Assembly (NCBI GenBank): GCA_964016885.1
Contig: OZ024750.1
Location: 16,492,001 to 16,556,000, forward strand
From: Eledone cirrhosa
Taxonomy: Eukaryota
Length of the DNA: 64,000 nt
Direction of reading: 5' to 3'
Shown here: positions 27,791 through 39,897 of the stretch, piece after piece
Layout of the letters: each line of letters begins with the position of its first letter
How positions within the stretch are numbered: position 1 is the stretch's first letter
Notes under the pieces: generated by a model
Databases searched by the model: none
What the model was told of the DNA's origin: nothing
Seen by the model: the letters and a program-made list of their open reading frames with translations, nothing else
Translations under genes and position numbers: made by a program

Positions 27791-28254
27791 ATAGTGGCTG
27801 GCATTAGGAAGGGTATCCAGCTGTAGAAATTATGCCAAATATGAAGCATAAGAATCAAAATGTGGTTCTTTAACCTGTCTAATCTCAGACCACGGCAGCT
27901 CGTCAAGCCCATGCAAGCTTGAAAAATGGACATATGGTGATGATGATGATGAGAATGAGAGGTTAAACAAATGCTACTAGGCACATGGAGTAAGTGAATC
28001 TAAAGGCACTTTATTAAAAATAGAAAAATAGAAAATGTTTAAAATGAAATTATGTTTGATAATGATTAAAGAAAATTATCGATCGAAGATTGACGCCTAG
28101 TTAAAACACAAGGCCAGCACTATACTGCCTCAAATGTGCGTTAAATTCAAGCAATGCGGTAAATCCTTAAGTTTTGGCCACAAAACGTGAACATCATCTC
28201 GATATTAACATCAAATATAATAATTGTTTCTACTTTAGGCACAAGGCCATCAAG

Positions 28255-28670
28255 AAATCCACGAAAATGAGGCTATTCAAAGCAACGGTTGAGTTCATTC
28301 TCCTCTACTGAGGAGTCATGATCACTGACAAAAACACTCACAAAGAGGATTAATGGCGCATTCAGGAAGATTCTAATTCTGAGAAAGGTCCAGAACATAT
28401 CCTGGAGAACGTACGTAGCAAATAAATCGCTCTAAGGCTCGCACCTTTTTGACAACATAAGGCCTAGGAGGTCCTGATTAGCCGGACATGTGAAGCGTCA
28501 CAATGAATCTGCCGTCAGAGATCTTTTCTGGAAAGCTGTGTGCAGACAAGTTGGTAGACCAAACACCACACTCAAGGATGTTCTTGAAGATGACACTGGG
28601 TTGGCAGCAGGGGGAATTCAGACGGTAATGCTAGACGGGGTGAACTGGAGGTGGAACTTCGTCATGGCAC
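28255..28670 (+). mobile_element. Degenerate RTE/RTE-X LINE 3' fragment
   Basis: RLFKATVEFILLY...LRKVQNISW...AGHVKRH...GRPNTTLKDVLEDDTGL...MLDGVNWR, with frameshifts. Confidence 0.75.
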
Positions 28671-29310
28671 CGGTAACAGATGTACAGAAGAGAGTAACGT
28701 AATGTATATATAAGCTGCATATATACATTGCGTTACTTCGATTACGTATGTAGTTAAATATGAAACTAACGGTAATGGAGAATGTAAATAAATAACTTGG
28801 CTTTCGTGAATTACGGACACAAAATAACTTCATTTTTGGATACTTCTAAATAGTCTCAACGTTGTTGTTTTCATACTACACGTGCTTTTAAAATGTAATC
28901 GTTTACACATATACATGAAGCGTTAAATATATTTTGTTTGCAACGATATAAATGAATTTTTTTTAAATGCAATACCTATTTTATTCTTATTTCTATCTAT
29001 AAATGTTTCCATTTCTGTCATCCTTGCAAACAAAATATATTTAACACCTCTTTTAAAAGCACGTGTATTACGAGAGACATACACATACATGTGAGGAAAT
29101 GATTATTTGTTGTGCTTGTGATAATACACATATACATGAATCGTAGAGCAAAAGTATTATTTATAGTTGAGAGAAAGTGACTGGGTTAGTCTGTCAACAG
29201 AAAACATAATTATTAACGTTTAGCACCAGAACTGTCCCGGACTGTTTTTCTCTACACATTTCTTAGCATCCGACTGTTGCACAGAAATAAACTGGATTTC
29301 TTTTAGAAAG

Positions 29311-29372
<62 letters not shown>

Positions 29373-29699
29373 AATAAGAAAGACAAGTAAATACACACAC
29401 ACGTCATGCTTCACAGAAACAACAATACAGGGAGCTTGTACACTGATGTTTCTTGTTTTATCTCTTAATTTGGATTATTATTAAATTAAAACAATTAAGA
29501 TAAGACAATTTTAGATAAGCTTTCTTTCGTTATAATTGGACAGTAATCGCATAAATTAAACGGGTAGCTGATTGATATAATTAAAATCTAAATGATTTAT
29601 CAGTAAAAATAAAAAGATTAAAAAAGGAATTATCACAACATGCATGAACATCACTTTATCTCTTTCTCACGTATCTGCAGGAATTTTGTGTTTTGTGTG

Positions 29700-29877
29700 T
29701 ATCCCGGGTTCAATCGGGTTAGGGTAAGGTACTCAAAACAAAGTATATACAATGTTTAATATAGAAATGGCTTCTACAGGACTAGAACTGTTTCATTCGA
29801 AGAAAATCATCAGGGCTTTCCTGATGACTTCCTTCGAATGAAACAGTCCTGGAGAAGCCATTTCTATATTAAACATT
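29700..29877 (-). mobile_element. Fold-back Penelope-like remnant with hammerhead-like cores in both arms
   Basis: Arms ~29751-29814 and ~29820-29877, each reading CTGATGA-N12-GAAAC. The tail reads ACTTtgttttGAGTAC on the minus strand. Confidence 0.55.
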
Positions 29878-29974
29878 ATCTCGTATATAACGAAGGAAGT
29901 GTGGTAAGGAACCAGGTAGACCATAACGCACCAGAGTACTCGATACTTACAGTAATCGGGGTCCTGACTATTTT

Positions 29975-30027
<53 letters not shown>

Positions 30028-30540
30028 CATTAAAAATAAAAAATGTTTAAAATTAAATTATGTTTGATAATGATTAAAGAAAATATGAAAGAAAATTATC
30101 GATCGAAGATTGACACCTAGTTAAAACACAAGGCCAGCATAATACTGCCTCAAATGTGCGTTAAATTCAAACAATGCGGTAATTCTGAAGTTTTGGCCAC
30201 AAAACGTGAATATCATCTCGATATTAACATCAAATATAATAATGTTATTTACGATATTTTTTCTTTTTAACAATTGTTAGGAAAAACATGTTTTACAATC
30301 ATTCAAATTGAGAAAGTTTTCCTACCTTATTTTAGAGGTTTTGTCGGCAAAATGTAATATTTACCCAGCAAATGCCGATACAAACGGCTAGAATTTTGTA
30401 TTTTTTTTTTAAATAATTTTTTTTTTTCAAATCATTCGGACGTGTGTAGGTGTAAGTCTTCTCGAACTTTTTATGTTTGGTTTTGTAAGGCAAAAACTTT
30501 AATAATTACCATTAATGTTTAATTAAGTGTTTGTGCTTAC

Positions 30541-31449
30541 CTCACATGTTTCCATAGCTTCTACAGTCCGACCCATTTTCCGATTGCAGTCCGATACCCG
30601 CTGGTTTAATAAACGTTGGTATCTGCTTGCCGCAGGGGTAACCGGACAAAGCTGAGGACCAGTTCGTGTTACGTATATTTTCGGAGTTTTTAAGTGTCCA
30701 TATGCACGTTTATACCAACCAAGGGCTGAAAATGTGTCGCCCAATGAAAGGAACATGTCACCGTAGCCAATACAGACTAACATAGCTAAGATAGAATCAC
30801 ATCTTGCATTAGCAACGTCTACTGCTACATCGTAGTGTTGTAAAGCTTTGGGGAACTCCCCCAGGCCGACATAGGCCTGCGCTTGAGTCAAATAAGCATA
30901 CCCGTGTAGTGGCAGATGGGAAATATTAGCGACGGGACTAAGGGTGGATGTCAAGAGTGACGGGCGAGTCAGGGAACTGGTGTCATTCGATCCCTTACCA
31001 TCTAGCAGTATTTCTGTTTGAATACAGTGATGGCTGTAACAAATGGCCTTGTGGTATTCACATAACTTTACGTTGCTCCGAGCTAGATTTAAGTAAGCAA
31101 CGGACAAATGTTTCCAGTAATATTCGTTCGCTTTGCGCGTCTTTTTACTTTCTTTCTTTATTTTTTTCTTATTCTTCACCACTCTTTCTTTTATCTTCTT
31201 TTTCTTCTGTTTAGATTGGTGCCTTGCGGTGATTAAATTCAGCTGGGCCACCGAATTCTGCAACATTTGTTTCAGTCGTCCTGCATCTTCGTGGGCCCTT
31301 AGAAGGTAACCGAGAATTTCGAATTTTTTACTATCGCTTTTCACCCTGGCCAGAAGATTTTGCCAGGTTTGCACAGCTTCGTCATAACGATGCTCATCGT
31401 ATGCCCGAATACCTTTCCTAATCTCGGTCCTCACAAGTTTTTGGCCCAT
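30541..31449 (-). CDS. RAPSN: Rapsyn (43 kDa receptor-associated protein of the synapse) homologue, first coding exon, 303 codons, TPR region; gene continues toward lower coordinates
   Basis: Starts MGQKLVRTEIRKGIRAYDEHRYDEAVQTW (vertebrate [29 protein letters not shown], myristoylation Gly2). Contains [20 protein letters not shown] (vertebrate [20 protein letters not shown]) and ends AMETCE (vertebrate AMECCE), followed by the donor GAG|GTAAGC (plus-strand gcttac at 30535-30540), phase 0. The last ORF residues VSTNT* are intronic. Confidence 0.93.
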
Positions 31450-34400
31450 AATTAAGGGTTATATTTTTGTTGTTTTTTTTTTAAATATTTTTTTAATCCA
31501 GATCTGATTTATTCTGGCCTCTTTTGAAAAGCTGCAGACTTAGCGACTTGGACAACATCCAGCCTGTATTGTCCTTCGGACCGTGCGCATGAGGACAGCT
31601 TCTCTCTTTCTATGAATATGATTTGTTTTCAATTTTTCTTACACGTGACCTTAAAATAATATATTTATCATTGTTAATTCAGTTGGTCACTTAGAAATAT
31701 CGATTATCAGCTGGTCTTGTTACTAATAGCCAGCTATTGAAGTGGTGTCGTCTTTAAGAAATGACTATCCGCTTAAATTGTGGGAAAATATATTATTAAC
31801 AATTATTTAAATATCCACAGAAATATATCACAGTAGTTTATTTTTATCTTGTACAACTTTATTTTGTAGAATTTTTCTAAATTTAAATATTACTGAAAAT
31901 ACAAATTATTTTCGTCCTGTTCCGTTTTAGTAATATCTAAATATAGTTTGTTAATTCTACAAAAATCGCTTTAATTAATAAATAGTTCTTGAAATATATG
32001 TATATTTATATATAGTGAGAATAAAATTAATTTCTTCAACTCACAAATATAGAAATCTATGAATTAAATTTTATTTATCAAGATCAAAGCAAAACGAAAA
32101 ACATTAAGTTAAATTGCTTTGCTTTGATATATATATATGTATGGGACGGTGGAATTTTCACTCGCGTCTTGTCTCTAATTTATATATTTGTCAACAAGTT
32201 ACAAGAGCCGGTAACTTGCAGGAATGGTTTAAACTTCAAGAGCTTTTTTTTACTTTTAAGAATTTTTTAATGAATGTACCCACTTTGCAGGATCATTCAC
32301 CTCCCATTTCCACTTACGTTGAACATTTGCTGTTCCAATCATCTTATCAGTATTTAGGGAGCTATTTAAGAACTGTTTATTCTTGTATGTATACATGTGT
32401 GTATATATATATATAAATGTGTATCTTTTACTATAACCACTACTGTTGCTACTATCTAATGCCGCTTTTATCCTTAGTGTAGTTTCTCTTGTATATAATT
32501 TACGAAAAATTCTTCCTTCACTCTTCGCTTTCTAACACCTGCTTTCTATCTTTCTCTATACCTATTTCTTTCACCAGTCTTTTTATTCCATTCACCTATT
32601 TCTAAATATTTGCTATTAATAAACTCCTTATTTTACATTTTAAAAAAGCCTAATAACATTTAATTCACAATTTAACCGATCTCTATCTATATATAGATCA
32701 TATTCTCTCTCACACACTTAAGAAGAAAAGAATATATATATATGTATGTTTAAGTTAAGATACGAGGTGGGAACTTCAAACTAATAATTATCAGGAGGGG
32801 GTTTCCCTCAGTTCTTAAGTAACTTGCGCTTTTTACTAGGCAGGTGTGATGTGCAGTGTGGGCTGTCACTGGTGTAGAGTGTATCACAGAAAACGAGGTG
32901 TATTGCCTGTTATTTAATCTATCAGAAGAAAAATAAAGAAACAAGACAAATATTTTGAAAGCAATCAGGTCACAGTAAGAGGGTAGTTCCTTTTTTGTTT
33001 GATTGTTTCTTTCTTTTTACTCAGAATTTCTTGTGGATGTTCAAAAAATAACTTAGTAGTAGTAGTTGTCTTAGTTTTTACACAGAAAAATCACAATATT
33101 TGCTCCTCTTCACTTTATTTCTTGTGTGTGTATATATATATATTATATTTCCATTCAATGTAGTATATATATATTTATTTATTTTGTATTTACGTTCATC
33201 CAATAAATATTTGTTTGCTATTTTTTTCGAAAAGTTATTTATTTTTTGCAAAGATTTATCTAATTATAGGAGGTTATTTTTGGTAATCCTCTTAGAACGA
33301 AATATATATCCTCCAGAAAAATGATTTTCTCACTTTTATTTTAAATAATTATCATCATCATCATCGTTTTTTGTTGTTTTTTCTTGTTATAGAATGTCAG
33401 TTTAGTAATTTGGCGAAGAAGAATTTAGTTATTTTCATATATATATATATATATGAAAGGGAAAACAAAACACGTTGATAATTGCTAGTTAATTACTTTA
33501 AAGAAATTAATAAAGTTTCTTTGAAACCATTCGAATTGTAATGTCCCATTTATATAGCGCCCTTGTGGCAAATAAATGAAATCATTATTATTTTTTTTAT
33601 CATCACCACAAATAAGAAATCCGGGGTGGTACCCACATCAAAACACGACTGTGTGGTATATTATATTGAGAGAAAAAGAAAAAAAATGACACGCCAAACA
33701 TTGTAGGCTGTTTTTTCTGTAAAATATATTAAAGAATTATATACGTATATTATAATTATTATTCCTTTACATGGGTGCTGTCAAACATTTGGTAAAATGT
33801 GTGCTGTGAAATAGGAGATAGGATAAAGACAATATTATTAGCAGGCCATGTCTTTGATGGTTTGGTTATTTAATAATAAAATATAAAACCAAAAAGATAA
33901 TTCTTTAGTGCAACTTACTTTTGGTAAGTTTATTTTTTACTTCGATTTTTCGTTTTTTTTTTAGTTTTTGTTAATTTCTTTTTAATGTATATATATATAT
34001 ATAATATTATTATTATTATTTTTTTTCAAATCCCGCCGAGGTTGACTTTGCCTTTCATCCTTACGGGGTCGATAAAATAAAGTACCAGTAATGCACTGGG
34101 TAATTTACTGGCCTTGTGCCTAAAGTAGAAACAATTATTATTATTTTTTTTGTCCAGCCTTTGTCGAAATATAAAGAAAAATGTTAGGTTGGGTTTTTAC
34201 TTTCGCTGTTTCTTTTGAAAAAATCAATATTTCTTTACTATTTTCTTTCTTTTTGTTCCTGTTATATATATATATATTTGTTTTGTTGTGGTGTTGTTGA
34301 TCTGGTGTCAAAAACTCTTTGCTGACATTGTTTCGTTTAGTTTTGGTGACAACAATATTAGTTGGAAAAGACTCGCTGCTGAATAAATATATCTATATAT

Positions 34401-35382
34401 AAATTATTTGTTCGTGTTATATATAAATATATTATATTATATATTATACATGTGCCACTGCTCTTAGTATGTGTGGTGTAATATATATATAAAGATATAT
34501 ATGTATATAAAGATAGATATATATATGCCTCTGTACTTGTTTATTGTTTAACAGCTTGTGTATTATTTACGTTCAGCACTGCTAACCATTTCATTAGAAC
34601 CAAGTTTCATTTGTTTAGATTTAGTTACAATTTTACTTCTTCTTCTTCGGATGCAAAAATCAACGTGGGTAGCTTATATTATCTTTCTTTTCTTATTTCT
34701 TCACCTTTTCGATTCTTTCGTTCGGTTTCGTTTTGTTGTAGTAGTAGTTTTTTTTCCTTCTATTACTGTTCTTGTTGTTATAATGGTTATTGAATTTGGT
34801 TCTGTTGTTTGGTGGGTTAGCTGTCGAGTCTTTTACTCTTTGGTCCCTGACAGTTAAGACAACAGCACCGTCTGTTGAAAGTGCGAAGGAAGGAGTGAGA
34901 GAATGAGAGAGAGAGAGACAGACAGAAGAAGTGAGAGAAAAGCAGAGAGAGAGAGACAGACAGAAAGAATGAGTGAATGAGAGAAACAGGAGTGCAATAC
35001 TGGTGGTGGTGTGTGGAAGGAGTAAAACAGTGAAGAGCAAAACGTGTGTGCCACCACCCGGCGGTGGGGATGATAGTGGTGGTGGAACTATTAGAAAAGT
35101 TTTCTTACCCGCTACCCTTCATTCTTTCTTCACCTTCACCCTACCTTCCTTCTTCCCCTTAACACCACCACCCCTACCATCTCTAAACCATTACCACCAC
35201 CACCACCACCACCACCTTTCAGGCTATTTTAAGGATATATGTGTGTGTCTGTATTTTTGTCTGAGCGTCCGACGAGAGGCCAGTTTTGAAGAGGCTTCTC
35301 CACTATACAGTGGTAGCCACGGCTGGACCCCGAAATCGAAGGTCACCCATGCATGTTAAGTGTATGATACTTTATTTATATA

Positions 35383-35470
35383 CAGGGTGTCCCCCCAAAA
35401 TGTATACACCATTCTAACAAATGTTGCTTATACAGGTATTCAAAGTGTGTATACATTTTGGGGGAACACC

Positions 35471-35473
<3 letters not shown>
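35383..35473. mobile_element. Tc1/mariner-type MITE; related copy at 3331-3428, similar termini at 42031-42198
   Basis: TA|cagggtgtccccccaaaatgtatacac ... gtgtatacattttgggggaacaccctg|TA. Confidence 0.75.
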
Positions 35474-35517
<44 letters not shown>

Positions 35518-35689
35518 CATACTCTTTTACCTGTTTCAGTCATTTTACACCCATGCTGGTACAGTATCATGATTTAGTCGATCATTTTGCAGCAGTAAAA
35601 TTCTTGTATTTATTTTATCGATCTCTTTTTATCGAACCGCTAAGTTAGAGATATAAAAATAGACTGGCACAAACATAACCCCACCGCAC

Positions 35690-35749
<60 letters not shown>

Positions 35750-36365
35750 CTAAAAAAGTGTGGTTAGATACCAGGTTGACCATAACGCACCAGAGTACTC
35801 GATACTTAGGGTAGTAGGGTCTTTTCATATATATATATATATATATATATATGTATACATTAGAAAGAGTTGGGGCCCGACGGGTGAGCTATTGCCGTCT
35901 CAACAGCTAATTCCAAACTGTTGACAAAACTACCTGCAGTGGACTGGCCATCTCGTCGGGGGCATGGTTTATCATTTTACTCTGGAATCAAAAGCTCATC
36001 GGACTTCTGTCATTACCTTAACAGAAGTCCGATGAGCTTTTGATTCCAGAGTTGGGCCCGATCGACACAGATCGAACCTTGAAATGACCAATCGCGAAAT
36101 GCATGTCACACCTCAATCAATGTAATGAAGATCTAACACCTCGTCCTTTTTATTATTCTTATTGCAGCATAGAGTTATGGTCCTTTACGATCTGAGTTCA
36201 AATCCCGCCGAGGTTAACTTTGCCTTTCGTCCTTACAGGGTTGATAAAATAAAGTACCAGTAACGTACTGGGATAATTGCTGGCCTTGTGCCCAAAGTAG
36301 AAACAATTATTATTACACTCTGCTTAGTACAACACCTTTATACCTACTGGAAACTACTCATCGAG

Positions 36366-36552
36366 AAGTTGTGATAAGGAACCAGATGGACCATAACGCA
36401 CCAGAGTACTCAATACTTAAGGTAGTAGAGTGGGTAATAGGAAAAAGTATGACCCCGACGGCAGAGCTCAAGCTATTTCGACGGCTATTTCTGGACAGAA
36501 ATAGCCGTCGAAATGGCTTAAGCTCTGCTGTCGGGGTCATACAATTTCCTAT
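36366..36552 (-). mobile_element. Fold-back Penelope-like remnant (family also at 39683-39897; tail-only copies at 29896-29978, 35755-35828, 41145-41200)
   Basis: About 57-bp arms centred on 36494. The tail ccagatggaccataacgcaccagagtactc is shared among the copies. Confidence 0.6.
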
Positions 36553-36918
36553 CATCATCATCATCATCATCATCGTTTAACGTCCCTGTTCCACGCTTGC
36601 ATGGGTTTGGACGGGGGTTTTCCCACTTGAGGCAAGAGTGGTTGTCTTGCTCGCATAGGACTGTCTGGCGGGTTTTCTACAGCTGGATGCCCTTCCTAAC
36701 ACCAACCACATTTACAGTGTGGGGCTGGGAGGTTTTACCGTGTTGCCTACACGGCCACATTACAGCGTGGACTGTCTGGCGAGTTTTCTACAGCTGGATG
36801 CCCTTCCTAACACCAACCACATTTACAGTGTGGGGCTGGGAGGTTTTACCGTGTTGCCTACACGGCCACATTACAGCGTGGACTGTCTGGCGTGTTTTCT
36901 ACAGCTGGATGCCCTTCC

Positions 36919-36949
<31 letters not shown>

Positions 36950-37302
36950 TTGCCTACCATCCAGTTTATACTGGACAAGCAAAACTCTGGTGACCACCCA
37001 TCTATAAATCTTTATGTCTGTATATATACATGTGTGTGTGTATGTCTTTATGTATGTGTGAGTATGTATATATATATGTATATATATATGAATTTAAGTA
37101 TGTATATATGTGTGTATGTCTTTATGTATGTGTGCCAGTCTGTATATGGGTGTGTATGATTTTGTATATGTATGTAATATGTGTATTGTTTTATTTAAAT
37201 GTTTTTAGTTTCGTTTGTTGTTTCTTGTTTGTTCTTTTACAGTCATTTTTCTGTTGTATTCAGAAAACTCTTTTGTAGGCCGGAGGGGTGGGGGCAGGGC
37301 AT

Positions 37303-38440
37303 TATCATCATCACCACCACCATCATCACCACCACCACCATCATCACCACCACCACCATCATCACCACAACCACCATCATCACCACCACCATCATCACCA
37401 CCACCACCATCATCACCACCACCACCATCATCACCACAACCACCATCATCACCACAACCACCATCATCACCACCACCACCATCATCACCACCACCACCAT
37501 CATCACCACCACCACCATCATCACCACAACCACCATCATCACCACCACCATCATCACCACCACCACCATCATCACCACCACCACCATCATCACCACAACC
37601 ACCATCATCATCACCACCACCACCACCACCATCATCATCATCATTTAAAGGTGAGGAAGGAAGACACCACAACCACTACCACAGCCATCATCATCACCAC
37701 CACCACCACCATCATCACCACCGTCACCACCACCGCCACCACCTTCATCACCACCATCATCGTCATCACCACCATCATCACCACCACCGCCACCACCATC
37801 ATCACCACCACCACCACCACCACCTTCATCACCACCACCATCATCACCACCATCACCGTCATCACCACCGCCATCATCACCGCCTCCACCATCATCACCA
37901 TCATTTAAAGGTGAGGAAGGAAGACACCACAACCACTACCACAGCCATCATCATCACCACCACCACCATCACCACCACCACCACCTTCATCACCACCATC
38001 ATCGTCATCATCACCACCATCACCACCACCACCATCACCACCACCGCCACCACCATCATCACCACCACCACCACCTTCATCACCACCACCATCATCACCA
38101 CCACCACCACTATCATCACCGCCTCCACCATCATCATCATTTAAAGGTGAGGAAGACACCACAACCACTACCACAGCCATCATCACCACCACCACCATCA
38201 CCACCATCACCACCACCACCATCATCATCATTTAATGGTGAGGAAGACACCACTACCACAGCCATCACCACCATCACCACCACCACCACCACCATCACCA
38301 ACACCACCATCATCATTTAATGGTGAGGAAGACACCACAACCACTACCACAGCCATCATCATCACCACTACCACCACCATCACCACCACCATCACCATCA
38401 TCATTTAATGGTGAGGAAGACACCACAGCCACTACCACAA
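37303..38440. repeat. (CAC/CAT)n tract with higher-order anchors atttaaaggtgaggaa(ggaa)gacaccac (x6)
   Basis: Anchors at ~37643, 37903, 38139, 38230, 38315, 38403. Confidence 0.85.
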
Positions 38441-39682
38441 CCATCACTGTCCGTCATTGTTATGTGTTTGTAATGCAGATATACAAATGTGTAAACAACA
38501 CTGCACAGTCTATAGTAAATTAGCAAGTGCACATATTGCACCAGCTGGAATGTAACTGAATAATAATTGTTTCTACTTTTGACACAAGGCCAGCAATTAT
38601 CTCAGTGTATTACTGGTACTTTATTTTATCAACCCTGTAAGGATGAAAGGCAAAGTTAACCTCAGTGGGTTCGAACTCAGATCATAAAGGGCCGTAACTC
38701 TATGCTGCAAAGCATGGCGTCCGACCCTCTACTGATACTGCCAATCAATGGTTTCTGGTTAGGCACAAGGCCAACAATTTTGGGGGGAAGAGGAAAGTCG
38801 ATTAAATTGACCCTAGTGCATTACTGGTACTTTATTTTATTGACCCCATGTTTGAAAGGCAAAGCTAACCCCAGCAGGATTTGAGCTCAGAATGTAAAGG
38901 GCAGTAACTCAATGCTGCAAAGCATAGTGTCCAATGCACTATCGATATTGTTTATCCTCCACCCTATAATAATAAATGTTTTTACTATAGGCACAAGGCC
39001 AGCAATTTGGGGTAGAGGGGGAATTGACCCCAGTACATTACTGGTGCTAAGATTTGAGCTCAGAATGTAAAGAGATGTAACTCTATGCCACAAAGCATGG
39101 TATCCGCTGCTCTAACGATACTGCCAATCCTTTATAATAAATAATAATGGTGATAATAGCGATAGCCCAGCTGTTGGTTGTAGTAATACTAGTTCTCGTA
39201 GTGTTTGTGTTGGTGGCTTAGCAAAGCTATGTCGGTGGCATTGATGATAACAAGTGTTAGAATGTGTGTATATATGTATATGTATATATATATATGTATA
39301 TGTGTGTATATATATATGTATATCATTTCATCATCATTTCATTTTACGTCCGCTTTTCCCTGCTTGCAAGGGTGGGACGGGAACTGATTCTGGCTTGATT
39401 TCTACAGCTGGATGCCCTTCCTAACACCAACCTCATTTACAGTGAGTGCTGGGTGCTTTTTTGCCGTGGTACCTCCACGTTCACTTTGCAGTGGAATGAT
39501 AGCGACCCCAGTCCCTATCATCTCATTTCTACAGCTGAGTAAACTGGAGCAATGTGAAATAAAGTGTCTTGCTCAAGGAAACAACACATCACCCGGTCTG
39601 AGAATTGAACTCACAACCTTTCGATTGCAAGGCCAATGCTCTAACCACTAAGCCATGTATATATGTAGAAAGAAAAAAGAGA

Positions 39683-39897
39683 GTGTAGTAAGATACCAGG
39701 TGGACCATAATGCACTAGAGTACTCGATACTTGGGTTAGTAGAGTTTGTAATATGAAAAGATTCAGGACTCTGACGGCTGATCTGCAGCTGTTTCAACAG
39801 CTAGATCCAAACTAAGCCACTACTGCTGGCTTAGTTTGAATCTAGCTGTCTAAATGGCCAGAACTCAGCCGTCAGAGTCCTGAATCTTTTCCTGTAT
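39683..39897 (-). mobile_element. Fold-back Penelope-like remnant
   Basis: Arms ~39750-39819 and ~39827-39897; same tail as the 36366 element; the left arm reads GAAA-CAGCUG on the minus strand. Confidence 0.55.

Noticed and set aside
30948-31214. 88-aa plus-strand ORF
   Set aside because: Antisense shadow of the rapsyn exon with no independent support.
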